Shown: positions 10,251 to 20,748 of the stretch, piece by piece
How the letters are laid out: every line of letters begins with the position of its first letter
How positions within the stretch are numbered: the stretch's first letter is position 1
NCBI GenBank assembly: GCA_002450835.1
Contig: DKAM01000008.1
Location: forward strand, 10,573 to 74,572
DNA: 64,000 nt
From: Dehalococcoidia bacterium UBA6926
Lineage (GTDB): Bacteria; Chloroflexota; Dehalococcoidia; UBA6926
Reading direction: 5' to 3'
Translations under genes and position numbers: made by a program
Notes under the pieces: generated by a model
The model's input: only the letters and a program-made list of their open reading frames with translations
The model's database searches: none
What the model was told of the DNA's origin: nothing

Positions 10251-10571
10251 ATGACAGAACCTAATCAAAATAAACAGATATTGAATATTGATGAACTTAG
10301 GCATATAGCTGAATTGTCCAGAGTTGCATTCACCGAAGAAGAGCTTGCTCTTCTTAGCTCTCAATTGAATGATATATTGAATAGTATAGGTGAGCTTGCA
10401 GAAGCAGATACTTCAAACGTAGAAGCTACACGTCACATATCGGACGTTTCAAATATCTACAGAGAAGATGTGCCTGCCGAATCCTTGTCTCGTGAACAGG
10501 TTCTTGATAACGCCCCGTTATCCCAAGAAGGCTACGTTCGTGTTAGGGGGGTTTTTGATGAAGAAAACTGA
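10251..10571 (+). CDS. gatC: Asp/Glu-tRNA amidotransferase subunit C
   Basis: Protein of about 106 aa with the typical GatC pattern (LNIDELRHIAELSRVAFTEEEL ... REDV). It overlaps the gatA start. Confidence 0.85.
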   Translation: MTEPNQNKQILNIDELRHIAELSRVAFTEEELALLSSQLNDILNSIGELAEADTSNVEATRHISDVSNIYREDVPAESLSREQVLDNAPLSQEGYVRVRGVFDEEN

Positions 10572-12036
10572 TGAATTATATGAGATGACAATGAGCGAGG
10601 CATCTTTGATGCTTGCTAAGAAAGAAATTTCGTCGGTTGAATTAACTAGTTCAGTTATCGCTCGTATCGAGCAAGTGGAATCTAAAGTAAAGGGTTTTCT
10701 CTATATAAATAAGGAAGATGCCATACAGAGTGCGGAAAACGCCGATAAACGAATAAGAGCAGGTGATTTCACTCCTATGACCGGTATACCTGGCGTCATT
10801 AAAGATAATATGTGTATTACCGGAGTTCCGACAACATGTGCTTCTAAAATATTGGAGAATTTTGTTCCTCCTTATACTGCGACCGCAGTTCAGAAGTTAT
10901 TAGATTCCGGGGCAGTCTTAATAGGAAAAGCGAATATGGATGAATTTGCGATGGGGTCATCTACAGAGAATTCAGCTTTTCACGTAACGCATAATCCATG
11001 GAATTTACAGAAAGTTCCGGGCGGGTCTTCAGGAGGGTCAGCGGCTATAGTGTCCGCAGGGGAAGGCTTATTTGCGTTGGGCTCAGACACCGGAGGTTCT
11101 ATTAGGCAGCCTGCTGCTTTTTGTGGTGTTGTTGGAATGAAACCTACTTACGGATTGGTTAGTAGATATGGGTTAATAGCCTTCGCATCGTCTTTAGATC
11201 AAATTGGCCCTGTCGGGAAAAGTGTGATGGACTCAGCAATGATTTTAAATGTTGTATCTGGGTATGATCCTATGGATTCAACATCTTTACGATCTTTAGA
11301 GAACAACGCTACAGACTACACTGCCACCATAGATCAAGGTGTCTCAGGTATGAAGATTGGTGTTATAAAAGAGATGTTTGGTGATTGGGTTGATGCACCT
11401 GTTAACGACGCGGTTACGAAGGCAGTTTCCCAATTTGAGGATATGGGCGCAACGGTAGATTGGGATGTTTCTTTGCCTTCTACGAAATACGCCATGTCTG
11501 CATACTATATTCTTGCTCCTTCCGAAGCTTCTTCTAATTTAGCCCGGTATGATGGAGTGAAGTACGGCTATTCTTGGGATGGTGAAGGATCGATGTGGGA
11601 GGGAATGGAGAATACCCGAGGAATAGGATTTGGTTCCGAAGTGAAACGTAGAATATTTTTGGGCACCTATGCTCTTTCAGCCGGTTACTATGATGCTTAT
11701 TATAAAAAGGCTCAGGAAGTACGAACACTGATCAAAACTGAATTCGAGGAAGCATTTAAAAAATTTGATATTCTTGTTACTCCGACAACACCATCACTTC
11801 CATTTGAATTGGGGTCTAAAACAAGTGACCCGTTAGAAATGTACAGGAGTGATATGTGCACTATTCCTGCTAACATCGCAGGAATACCTGCAATTAGCTT
11901 ACAATGTGGCTTTTCTGAAGGATTACCTATAGGATTACACTTGATAGGTGGTGCTCTTTCGGAAGAGAAATTACTAAGAGCGGCCTATTCCTTTGAACAA
12001 GCAACCGAGTGGCATAATAGGGTACCTCAAATTTAA
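10558..12036 (+). CDS. gatA: Asp/Glu-tRNA amidotransferase subunit A
   Basis: Amidase signature GGSSGGSAAIVSAG and GSDTGGSIRQPA. The start at ATG 10558 follows a G-rich SD and overlaps the gatC stop by 14 nt. The ORF-track N-terminal extension was rejected. Confidence 0.92.
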   Translation: MKKTDELYEMTMSEASLMLAKKEISSVELTSSVIARIEQVESKVKGFLYINKEDAIQSAENADKRIRAGDFTPMTGIPGVIKDNMCITGVPTTCASKILENFVPPYTATAVQKLLDSGAVLIGKANMDEFAMGSSTENSAFHVTHNPWNLQKVPGGSSGGSAAIVSAGEGLFALGSDTGGSIRQPAAFCGVVGMKPTYGLVSRYGLIAFASSLDQIGPVGKSVMDSAMILNVVSGYDPMDSTSLRSLENNATDYTATIDQGVSGMKIGVIKEMFGDWVDAPVNDAVTKAVSQFEDMGATVDWDVSLPSTKYAMSAYYILAPSEASSNLARYDGVKYGYSWDGEGSMWEGMENTRGIGFGSEVKRRIFLGTYALSAGYYDAYYKKAQEVRTLIKTEFEEAFKKFDILVTPTTPSLPFELGSKTSDPLEMYRSDMCTIPANIAGIPAISLQCGFSEGLPIGLHLIGGALSEEKLLRAAYSFEQATEWHNRVPQI

Positions 12037-12054
12037 GCCATTAAGGAGATTATT

Positions 12055-12537
12055 ATGGAAGAAATACTCCGGATACTTGAAAAAAATTGCCGGACTGACC
12101 CATCCGAGATATCTGAACTTACTGGTTTGAAAGAAAAAGAGGTAAGAGATTTAATCTCGAAAGCTGAGGAAGATAAACTTATACTGTCGTACAAGGCCCA
12201 AATCGATTGGGGCAAACTAGGTGACGGTCCGGTGCTCGCCATCATTGAGGTCAAAATAGCCCCTCAAAGAGACGTTGGTTTTGATGCTATAGCAATGAGA
12301 ATCGCACGTTTCCCTGAGGTGAAGTCTATGCATTTAGTTTCAGGTGATTATGATCTGGCAGCACAAGTTGAAGGCAAAAACATGTATGATATATCCAATT
12401 TTGTCACTAATACTCTATCCACCATAGATGCTGTCCAAGGTACTTCGACTAGGTTTGTGTTAAAACGATACAAAGAAGAGGGTACGCTCATTGGAGGCGA
12501 TGATATGGCTGAGGGACGCCTCCCTGTCTCTTTTTAG
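12055..12537 (+). CDS. Lrp/AsnC family transcriptional regulator
   Basis: 160 aa with an N-terminal HTH (ILRILEKNCRTDPSEISELTGLKEKEV) and a C-terminal RAM-like domain. Confidence 0.8.
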   Translation: MEEILRILEKNCRTDPSEISELTGLKEKEVRDLISKAEEDKLILSYKAQIDWGKLGDGPVLAIIEVKIAPQRDVGFDAIAMRIARFPEVKSMHLVSGDYDLAAQVEGKNMYDISNFVTNTLSTIDAVQGTSTRFVLKRYKEEGTLIGGDDMAEGRLPVSF

Positions 12538-12554
12538 CCACTTGTGTGTAAATT

Positions 12555-13754
12555 ATGCCAGAATCAAATCCCAATAAATATTCACGTGTTTCCAGCAGAG
12601 TAGATAGGATTCCATCCTCTGGTATAAGAAGGTTTTTTGATCTTATAGCATCATCTGATGACATTATTTCTTTGGGCGTAGGAGAGCCTGATTTTATAAC
12701 TCCATGGAATATTCGAGAAGCTGCGATATATTCGATTGAACGCGGTCATACTCACTATACATCTAATAGTGGTACGGTAGATCTTCGAAGAGAAATATCC
12801 AAATACGTTAACGAAAGGGCAGGGATTTCGTACGACCCCGTCACTGAAATTTTAGTAACAGTTGGAGTGAGCGAAGGGTTAGATCTTGCTCTTAGAACTA
12901 CTACAGAAATTGGTGATGAGATCCTCGTTCCTCAACCGGCATTTGTTGCATACGAGCCGATTGTTCATATGGCTGGAGGGAAATTTGTTGGTATTGATAC
13001 CTCCATGGAAAATAAATTTGTTCCTGCAATAGCTGACCTGGAAAGTAAAGTCACAGATAGAACACGAGCAATATTGATTAATAACCCCAATAATCCGACG
13101 GGAGCCGTTATTAGCAAGAAAGTCCTTTTTGAACTAGCCGAATTTATTCTTGCCAATGACTTGATTGTGATAACCGATGAAATATACGATCGATTGATTT
13201 ATGGAGACAAAGACGCGTTTGTTCATTTTGCTTCTATCCCTGGAATGCGTGAAAGAACGGTGACGCTGAATGGATTTTCAAAGTCTTTTGCTATGACAGG
13301 TTGGAGAGTGGGCTACGCTGTTGGACCTGAGGAAATTATTGCAGGAATGACTAAGTTACATCAATACACGATGATGTCTGCTCCAACTGTTGCTCAACAT
13401 GCCGCTAAAGAAGCATTAGTAAATGGAGATAGTAGCGTAAATGAAATGCTAGAGGCGTACTCTATGCGAAGACGGTTGCTTTTGAATGGTTTAAATAAAA
13501 TTGGATTAGAATGTATTGAACCTGAAGGGGCCTTTTATGCTTTTCCATCGATAAAGATTACCGGATTATCGTCAGAATCGTTTGCAGAGCAATTATTGCT
13601 CGAGGAAAAAGTTGCTGTTGTGCCCGGAAATGTTTTCGGCCCATCTGGTGAAGGATTCATAAGGTGTTGTTATGCGGCCAGTGTCGCGGATATTAAAGAA
13701 GCTCTGGTACGTATTGGCAGATTTGTGGGCAAGCATAAAAGCGATCCGAGATGA
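12555..13754 (+). CDS. PLP-dependent aminotransferase, class I/II (aspartate/alanine type)
   Basis: 399 aa with NPNNPTG and SFSKSFAMTGWRVGY (PLP lysine) motifs. It starts 18 nt after the Lrp regulator gene. Confidence 0.85.
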   Translation: MPESNPNKYSRVSSRVDRIPSSGIRRFFDLIASSDDIISLGVGEPDFITPWNIREAAIYSIERGHTHYTSNSGTVDLRREISKYVNERAGISYDPVTEILVTVGVSEGLDLALRTTTEIGDEILVPQPAFVAYEPIVHMAGGKFVGIDTSMENKFVPAIADLESKVTDRTRAILINNPNNPTGAVISKKVLFELAEFILANDLIVITDEIYDRLIYGDKDAFVHFASIPGMRERTVTLNGFSKSFAMTGWRVGYAVGPEEIIAGMTKLHQYTMMSAPTVAQHAAKEALVNGDSSVNEMLEAYSMRRRLLLNGLNKIGLECIEPEGAFYAFPSIKITGLSSESFAEQLLLEEKVAVVPGNVFGPSGEGFIRCCYAASVADIKEALVRIGRFVGKHKSDPR

Positions 13755-13780
13755 TAAATAAAAACGGAGGATAATGGATT

Positions 13781-14527
13781 ATGACGAGTTCAAAAGGCCC
13801 TGCTGATAGCAATGGGCATTTAAATGATTCGTCTGGCTCAGATGAGGAAATCCGTGAGGATGATCTGGTAATAAATTTTAAAGGAATCTCTGCGGAGCCC
13901 CGTGAAGATGGAGCCATCGATGTGGTTATAGAGACTAACCGCGGCGACACTCCCGCAATATTGCATCCTTGCGAAGGTCAAGATGGTGTTGTTATGTTCA
14001 TAGGCGGAGGTTCTGATCTTAAGGGGCCTGCTGGGGGTGTTTATGAGCGGTTGTCTAAAGAATTAACCGAAAAAGGGGTAACTTCTATGAGAGTCGGGCA
14101 GCGTCAGCCTGATGTTTTTGTTGAATGTGTCGGAGATGCTTTGGCAGCGATTTCTTTTTTGAAAGGCATTGGCGCGGCTCGGATAGCTCTGATTGGTCAT
14201 TCATCCAACGGAGCGGTAGCGATTAAATCAGCGAATTTTTCTACACTTGTAACTTCTGTCGCTTCGCTGGCGGGTCAAACTTTTGGTGCTCAAGATGTTT
14301 CCGAGATTGCGCCCCGTAATCTTCTTGTAATTCATGGTAAATCTGATCAAGTATTGCCTTATTCCGATGCTCAACGTATTTATGATTGGGCTAAAGAACC
14401 TAAAGAACTTATTATTTATGATAAAGCCGGCCATAGCTTGAATGAGATTAAAGAAGAACTTTACGATAAATTGGTTGAATGGGTGATTGATCAAGTTGGG
14501 CCTCGTGAGCAGATAAAAGGCGCATAG
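13781..14527 (+). CDS. alpha/beta hydrolase (dienelactone-hydrolase-like)
   Basis: 248 aa with a nucleophile elbow LIGHSSNG, then HGKSD and AGHSL, consistent with a Ser-Asp-His triad. The N-terminus is acidic and low in complexity. Confidence 0.65.
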   Translation: MTSSKGPADSNGHLNDSSGSDEEIREDDLVINFKGISAEPREDGAIDVVIETNRGDTPAILHPCEGQDGVVMFIGGGSDLKGPAGGVYERLSKELTEKGVTSMRVGQRQPDVFVECVGDALAAISFLKGIGAARIALIGHSSNGAVAIKSANFSTLVTSVASLAGQTFGAQDVSEIAPRNLLVIHGKSDQVLPYSDAQRIYDWAKEPKELIIYDKAGHSLNEIKEELYDKLVEWVIDQVGPREQIKGA

Positions 14528-14560
14528 CGTTTGGCTTAAACCGGATGAGTAGAGTGAAAA

Positions 14561-15325
14561 ATGAGTCATAACATAAGAACTAGTGGGATCACCGATATTG
14601 GCAAAACTCGTGCTCAGAACCAAGACGCTTTGCTGATTATTGATTCAGAAAATGAGAAACTCCCTGATTGGTGTGAGTTGGTGGTTGCTGTTTTTGACGG
14701 CGCGAGTGGTATCCCTAATGGGCATATTGCGAGCAAGAGAGCAGCTGAGTATTTCGCAGATACTATTAAGCACGATTCAACACCCGTTTCCGTCACCGAG
14801 CAAATCGGACCAGTTCTCGAAGAAATTATTTTGAAAACAAATAAAAAATTAGTAGATGGTGCTCGCAAAAATGATAATTTCTATGCAACTACTATTGCCG
14901 TAGTTCTCTTTAATAACTTGGATCCTAAAATTATTCACTGTGGTGCTGTTGGGGACAGCTTAATCTATACAACAACACCTAAAGGATTGAATAGAATTTT
15001 TGATAAAGATTCATATCTAAATGCTCTATATAAGAGAGGGTTTGATATATCTAAATTAGAAGCAAACTGGGGGAAGGTTATGACGCAAACTTTGGGGTTT
15101 AATGTAGATATTGAGCCACACATCGTCGATACACGGATCAGTCGAGGACAGAATATCCTTCTTTGTACTGATGGTTTAACGGATTCTTTGGATCTCCCTC
15201 AAATGGAGCAAATTATTAGGAGTCATTATAAAAACCCCGAGCAATTATGTGAAAATTTGATTACGATTGCCAAAAAAGAGTATGGTGAAGATGATATTAC
15301 CGTTGTTGCGGGGTATGTTGGGTAA
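14561..15325 (+). CDS. PP2C-family Ser/Thr protein phosphatase
   Basis: 254 aa with DIGKTRAQNQDA, VFDGASG, GDS, CTDGL and DDITVV motifs. Confidence 0.85.
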   Translation: MSHNIRTSGITDIGKTRAQNQDALLIIDSENEKLPDWCELVVAVFDGASGIPNGHIASKRAAEYFADTIKHDSTPVSVTEQIGPVLEEIILKTNKKLVDGARKNDNFYATTIAVVLFNNLDPKIIHCGAVGDSLIYTTTPKGLNRIFDKDSYLNALYKRGFDISKLEANWGKVMTQTLGFNVDIEPHIVDTRISRGQNILLCTDGLTDSLDLPQMEQIIRSHYKNPEQLCENLITIAKKEYGEDDITVVAGYVG

Positions 15326-15343
15326 TATAAGGAATGAGTAAAT

Positions 15344-15838
15344 TTATTTCCGAGGTCGCTCTGCTGCACTTAGGTTCCATAATTTATCACCGTTTTTGAG
15401 AACTTCTTGTTTTAAGTCTGATAGCCACTGTAAAGACATTTTTTCATAAGCTCTTTTTGTTATTTCTCTATCTTTTGAATCGCGCTTGAATTCGATTGTG
15501 ATTGTATCCATCACAATCGTGATTTTACCTCTCCAATCTAATTCAAACTTGCGAGTTTGCTCATAATTTTCGTTTGAAACAACCCACTCTATCACCCAAG
15601 GAATATCTGAATTCAGTAGAGTATTTTCTTCTTCTAATGACTCTTCGCCGATTTCTATTAAAGTCTTGAATTTTGAACCTTGAACCCATGACGGTCCTTC
15701 TAACCAAATAGATTCCTCACATATCGAGTTCCAAACGGGCCAATTCTCCAGATCCCTGAAGATATTCCAAACAAAAGGTGGTTGACCTTCTATTTCGATT
15801 TGGTTCACTACTTCAAATATCTTGTTTATTGAGTCCAT
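15344..15838 (-). CDS. SRPBCC (polyketide cyclase/START-like) family protein
   Basis: 164 aa. The size and the LENWPVWNS motif resemble Polyketide_cyc2 proteins. This is a weak family call. Confidence 0.5.
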   Translation of the reverse strand: MDSINKIFEVVNQIEIEGQPPFVWNIFRDLENWPVWNSICEESIWLEGPSWVQGSKFKTLIEIGEESLEEENTLLNSDIPWVIEWVVSNENYEQTRKFELDWRGKITIVMDTITIEFKRDSKDREITKRAYEKMSLQWLSDLKQEVLKNGDKLWNLSAAERPRK

Positions 15839-15853
15839 GGTTCTCCCTCTTAA

Positions 15854-16375
15854 TTACAGATACCGTGCGATGCTCATCGATGAGAGTGCAACTAATAATA
15901 TAGCGAAATTTAGGCGGCCCAGAAACCAAAGGCGGTCTTCTAAGCGTTTTACTCTATCTGACTCTTCGGGCCCCGGGGGCGTACCTTCTAAAGTCAGTAT
16001 CGCAAGCTGTTTTCCGTAATCTCTCAACTTATTTCGTTCAATTCTTACCCAAATATCGCCCACTAAAAAGGCCAATATTGCTGCAGAGCCTCCGAAAATG
16101 ATCATCTGGCCGTTTGGGCTTGCCCACCATGACTTACCTAGGAGAAAAATCATGACTGTACCTGAGCTTATTGTGAGCAGTGTTGCCCCTAATAAGAATG
16201 GGCCCATTATAGGTAATATGGATGTCATTTGGTTTCTCAACACATTTCTTCCTTGCTTCCGATAATGGGGCTCTAAAACTAACGTTAGAAAGGCAATTGT
16301 ACCCACCCAAAAAACGCCTGATATCAGGTGAGTTAGTTTCAGTAAAGGCATTAATATTGGGTTTAGTGATTCCAA
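15854..16375 (-). CDS. integral membrane protein (CopD-like N-terminal H-x6-WVG motif)
   Basis: 173 aa with about 4 hydrophobic helices and the motif HLISGVFWVGTIAFLTLVLEP. It lies 15 nt upstream of the SRPBCC gene. Confidence 0.55.
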   Translation of the reverse strand: MESLNPILMPLLKLTHLISGVFWVGTIAFLTLVLEPHYRKQGRNVLRNQMTSILPIMGPFLLGATLLTISSGTVMIFLLGKSWWASPNGQMIIFGGSAAILAFLVGDIWVRIERNKLRDYGKQLAILTLEGTPPGPEESDRVKRLEDRLWFLGRLNFAILLVALSSMSIARYL

Positions 16376-16440
16376 AGTTTACCCCTTAGTAATCTGTCCG
16401 ATATTTTCATTGAGTATATTCCTATAATTATAGAAACTAA

Positions 16441-17496
16441 TCACGGCCTTGCTAGTCTATACTGATCAGGCCAGTAATCAATCTGGTTATTTAAGTCGAG
16501 GGACGCTGTCAAACCAAAATTGGGGTTTCTAAGCGATTCTTTCCCTATGGCCACAAGATCCGCTTTTTTTTCTTCAACTATTTCGTTAGCGAAAATCGAT
16601 GTGGTTATCATACCAACAGCAGCTGTATTTATTCCTGCTTCATGTTTTATTGCCTCTGAAAAAGGTACTTGATACCCTGGCCCTATTGGAATTTGTTGTT
16701 GGGGTGATAATCCTCCAGAAGAGCAATCCATGAAGTCAACTCCCAAGGTGGATAATTTAGTTGCTAATCTAACTGACTCTTCCAAGTTCCAGCCACCATC
16801 GATCCAATCTGTACATGATATACGCACGGATAAAAACTTTTCTTTGGGGAATACCTTTCTTACTTCAGACACAATCATTTCTAAAAATCGAATCCGATTG
16901 TCAAATGATCCACCGAACGAATCTGTACGCGAATTTGAAAGAGGAGACAAAAATTGATGTACCAGGTAGCCATGCGCTGCATGAATTTCTAGGCCGTCGA
17001 AACCTGCCTTGTCGGCTCGGATTGCAGCCGCGGCATATTTATCAATCATTTCGGATATTTCGTTTTCGGTGAGTGCTTCTGGAGTTTTCCATCCTTCAGC
17101 AAAACTTATAGCGCTTGGTGCAACTAGTCTTTCTGACGATTCATCACCTTTTGAAGATGTCCAAGCTTTTCTTCCTGAGTGGCCCAGTTGCATTCCAACA
17201 AACGCCCCCTGATCGTGTATAAAATTTACAATCTTATTTAATGGCTTAATGTGCATATCATCATATATTCCAAGATCGTTATGGCTTAAGCGGCCTTTAC
17301 TTTCGATAGAGCTCATCTCCGTCATAATTAACCCTGCGCCCCCAATAGCACGCGATCCTAAATGCACAAGATGCCAATCAGTGGCTGACCCATCGTTCTC
17401 AGCCGAATATTGGCACATAGGGGATACCATAATTCGATTCCGTAACGTTACTGACCGCAATTGTATTGGGTCGAATAATGTCGGCATAAGGCACAC
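16441..17496 (-). CDS. namA: NADH:flavin oxidoreductase, Old Yellow Enzyme family (YqjM type)
   Basis: 351 aa with SPMCQYS, HLGHSGRK and HAAHGYL motifs. The start may be the M at 17487. Confidence 0.85.
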   Translation of the reverse strand: MCLMPTLFDPIQLRSVTLRNRIMVSPMCQYSAENDGSATDWHLVHLGSRAIGGAGLIMTEMSSIESKGRLSHNDLGIYDDMHIKPLNKIVNFIHDQGAFVGMQLGHSGRKAWTSSKGDESSERLVAPSAISFAEGWKTPEALTENEISEMIDKYAAAAIRADKAGFDGLEIHAAHGYLVHQFLSPLSNSRTDSFGGSFDNRIRFLEMIVSEVRKVFPKEKFLSVRISCTDWIDGGWNLEESVRLATKLSTLGVDFMDCSSGGLSPQQQIPIGPGYQVPFSEAIKHEAGINTAAVGMITTSIFANEIVEEKKADLVAIGKESLRNPNFGLTASLDLNNQIDYWPDQYRLARP

Positions 17497-17523
17497 TCCT
17501 CCTTGACGAAAATCACCTTCTAA

Positions 17524-18177
17524 TTAACCTAATTCTTTAGAGACCCGTTCCCATATCTTAGATTGAATATATTGCTTATCTTTGGTTCCATCTAAGATAA
17601 AAAACCTTTTTGGTTCTTGTGAGGAGAGCTGGTGATACCCTTGGCGGACTTTCTCATGAAACAGTAGGCCTTCATTTTCCATGCGATGGTTTTTTCCGCG
17701 GGTTCTTTGAAGCCCAATCTCGGGGGGGACATCTAATAAAATAGTCAGATTAGGTATTAATCCATCAGTCGCGATATCGTTGATCTTTTTAACTTGGTCT
17801 ATTTCGAGCCCTCTACCATAACCTTGATACGCAAGGGTTGAATCTGAAAACCTGTCACAGATTACTATATGGCCTCGCTCTAGAGCAGGTTTTATCACTT
17901 GATTGACGAGTTGAGCCCTGGCAGACTCAAAAAGGAAGAGTTCAGCGAGGCTATCTAAATTAATTGCGGTCGTAGACTGAGACCATCGACTATAGAGTCT
18001 TTTAAGGACTCTACTATCTGGATCGCTTATCCACGAATAAACCATTTCTCCTAGAGGGGTGCCTCCCGGTTCATGCAGCAACTCGACATCATATCCTTGA
18101 GCCTTAATGGATTCACCTAATAATTCTACCTGAGATGATTTTCCGGCTCCCTCGCCTCCCTCAAAAGTTATGAACAT
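17524..18177 (-). CDS. tmk: thymidylate kinase
   Basis: 217 aa with P-loop FITFEGGEGAGKSSQ and the DRF motif (CDRFSDST). Confidence 0.92.
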   Translation of the reverse strand: MFITFEGGEGAGKSSQVELLGESIKAQGYDVELLHEPGGTPLGEMVYSWISDPDSRVLKRLYSRWSQSTTAINLDSLAELFLFESARAQLVNQVIKPALERGHIVICDRFSDSTLAYQGYGRGLEIDQVKKINDIATDGLIPNLTILLDVPPEIGLQRTRGKNHRMENEGLLFHEKVRQGYHQLSSQEPKRFFILDGTKDKQYIQSKIWERVSKELG

Positions 18178-18188
18178 ATTAAACCTAT

Positions 18189-19766
18189 CTATTGTCCCGT
18201 TTTATTGTTTTTGCGAAAAACCTTCACTTTTCTATTGGGCTCGCGTCCGGAAGAGAAAGAATAAAGATGCTCTTTTTCAGCTAATTGATGTTGTAATTTT
18301 CTAACGTATGAATTTTGCGGATTTAACTCAATTTCGTCGACGTCACCCGATATCAATGCCAACAAACTTTGAGAGGTATTATCCAATATAGTTCCAATAA
18401 CGTCTTCTGTGACACTTTGATCGACCAAAGTTTTTAGCGCATCATTTATTTGCCCCGGTGTATTTCTTCGAAGAACAATGACCGGTATTCCATTAGATTC
18501 TGCAGATTTTATGATCTCAGAACGGCGTTTATACATTTGTTTTGTGGTAACAACTACATCTGCGTTAGATAAATCGTTCGAAACAATAAAAGGTATTTGC
18601 TGCTCACTAATTGAATCTTCTAGTTTTGCTTTTACCACACCATACGGAAAAATAGAAATAGCAGATCTTTTGGTTTCGGATTCGGGAGATTCTTCATATT
18701 CTTTTTCTAGATCTGATTGGAATGTGTTCTTGGGTAAACTTTGTTGCTCATCTTCTATGCGCTCTATCTTTCCCTTTCTATTTATCCGACGGATTTGGGG
18801 TTTTATCGCAGCGCCTCTTAGCATCATGTCTACCGTTTTTGATACGTTTGAATGTACAGATACTTGTGATCGGCTATTTAGTTCTACTACAACATTGAAC
18901 GTAGGGGCACTCTTCCTCTCTAAAACTGTTTTTTGAGTGCGTCTTCTCTTTGCTTCGTCGTCTCCTAATGTTACCGCGTGTATTCCTCCTATCAGATCAG
19001 CTAAAGTAGGATTACGTACCAGATTATCTAAGCTGGTCCCGTGAGCCGTCCCTATTAGCTTAACCCCTCTTTCAGCTATAGTTCTGGCTGCTGCTGCTTC
19101 TGCTTCCGTCCCAATCTCATCAATTATAATTACTTCAGGAGTATGGTTTTCTACTGCCTCTATCATCACTTTATGCTGTAACCGCGGCTGAGGTACTTGC
19201 ATTCTTCTTGATCTTCCTATGGAAGGATGTGGGATGTCACCGTCTCCGGCGATTTCGTTTGAAGTATCTACTACTACAACCCTTTTATTAAGATCATCGG
19301 CCAATACTCTCGCAACTTCTCTTAGCATGGTTGTCTTTCCTATGCCTGGTGGTCCGAGTAATAGTAAATTGTTTTCTGAACTGACTAAATCATCGATTAT
19401 TTTTATTGTCCCAAAAATTGCCCTGCCGACCCTTAAAGTCAAAGCGATTATCTCGTTTTGTCGGTTACGCATCGCCGAAATGCGATGTAGAGTTCGTTCT
19501 AAACCTGCTCTATTATCGTCATTAAAAGGGCCTATGCTATTTGCCACGTAATTAAGATGATTTTTTGTAATCTCCATATCTAGAATGGTTTCTTCACCTT
19601 CTGGAAAACGAGCTTTCGGAGGTCGACCAAGATCCATTATGATTTCAATGAGATCATTTTTTCTTGGGTCATTTGTTAGTGCCGATGAGATCTCATCGGG
19701 TATACAAGAAAAAAGAGTATCTAGATCGTTTGTAATACCATTATTCTCTTTAAATAGTTCTAACAA
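18189..19766 (-). CDS. AAA-type ATPase with C-terminal R3H domain (ycf45 / SpoIIIAA-like)
   Basis: 525 aa with Walker A GPPGIGKTT, Walker B VIIIDEIG and a C-terminal R-x3-H motif (VRKLQHQLAEKEHLYSFSSGREPNRKVKVF). Confidence 0.75.
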   Translation of the reverse strand: MLELFKENNGITNDLDTLFSCIPDEISSALTNDPRKNDLIEIIMDLGRPPKARFPEGEETILDMEITKNHLNYVANSIGPFNDDNRAGLERTLHRISAMRNRQNEIIALTLRVGRAIFGTIKIIDDLVSSENNLLLLGPPGIGKTTMLREVARVLADDLNKRVVVVDTSNEIAGDGDIPHPSIGRSRRMQVPQPRLQHKVMIEAVENHTPEVIIIDEIGTEAEAAAARTIAERGVKLIGTAHGTSLDNLVRNPTLADLIGGIHAVTLGDDEAKRRRTQKTVLERKSAPTFNVVVELNSRSQVSVHSNVSKTVDMMLRGAAIKPQIRRINRKGKIERIEDEQQSLPKNTFQSDLEKEYEESPESETKRSAISIFPYGVVKAKLEDSISEQQIPFIVSNDLSNADVVVTTKQMYKRRSEIIKSAESNGIPVIVLRRNTPGQINDALKTLVDQSVTEDVIGTILDNTSQSLLALISGDVDEIELNPQNSYVRKLQHQLAEKEHLYSFSSGREPNRKVKVFRKNNKTGQ

Positions 19767-19791
19767 ATTAACCCCCTTTGTTTAAATATTA

Positions 19792-20727
19792 CTACAAACT
19801 GGCTGTTGCAAAGGCGCCTTCTGGCACAGTTTCACCAAATTCTCTAAATAAATTAATGTAAGCTCCAGAATATTTGTACCCCCAAGATTCCATTTGACGG
19901 TGGGATATATTGCAATGGTTTGGCAGTGATATGAGGGTTTCTGTACTAAATTGTTCGAAATTAAAAGGGTTAAACTGAACGTCTGCCGGTAAGGGCAGCA
20001 TTAATTTCACCAGGCTAGTATTCTTTGAAAAGCTCGCGCTTCTAATCCACGTTTGTAGTACGTCATCTTTTGTAATAATAATGTCTTTTATCGAATCAGC
20101 ATCTGCCCACTGACTATTTATTGTTTCAACCCAATGATCGAACGTGATACCCTCTCCTAACCTAACCTCACGAGGTAATTTTTTGTTGTATAAGGTAAAA
20201 AGTGGGTAATCGTCTTTGTTCTCTTTATTTCTATAAATGAAACTAGTCTCATCCGGCTTTGGGCCAAAATTAATGTTTCTCAGATTAGCACTTAATGAAT
20301 AGAAACTTTCGGTTGAATATGATTTAAATCCAAACGTAGCCATCTTCTTAGCGATTCCAGATTGCGACCCTATTCTGAATAATATTCGTCTACCGTTATT
20401 TTTTATACTTGCGTTAATCGCGTCTGATATTGCTCTTGATAAAACCTCGGTATCTGTTCCTTCAACGAGAAGAAGCTTTATTTCCCAAGTTGAAGATTGT
20501 GCTGCTTTTTTCACGACTATGAAACCGGAATTTTTCAATCCATTTGTGACCAAAATTGATACCATGTTTCTATTTTTTTGTGTTACCAAAGACGATAATA
20601 CTTCCCAGCCGAAATTTCGGGATGTTTGACTTTTTAATTCACTATAAGGAGCAGCTATGTTAGCTCCTTGGTGTATACCTAATCCGAGCAATCCCAGAAA
20701 ATCTTTTGGGTAAACAGTGTGCAACAT
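19792..20727 (-). CDS. hypothetical protein (no recognisable motif; possibly an acyltransferase-like fold)
   Basis: 311-aa ORF, co-directional and tightly spaced between pdxT (21 nt) and the R3H ATPase gene (25 nt). The fold guess is weak. Confidence 0.55.
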   Translation of the reverse strand: MLHTVYPKDFLGLLGLGIHQGANIAAPYSELKSQTSRNFGWEVLSSLVTQKNRNMVSILVTNGLKNSGFIVVKKAAQSSTWEIKLLLVEGTDTEVLSRAISDAINASIKNNGRRILFRIGSQSGIAKKMATFGFKSYSTESFYSLSANLRNINFGPKPDETSFIYRNKENKDDYPLFTLYNKKLPREVRLGEGITFDHWVETINSQWADADSIKDIIITKDDVLQTWIRSASFSKNTSLVKLMLPLPADVQFNPFNFEQFSTETLISLPNHCNISHRQMESWGYKYSGAYINLFREFGETVPEGAFATASL

Positions 20728-20748
20728 AATCGCCTTACAGGTTCTGTT

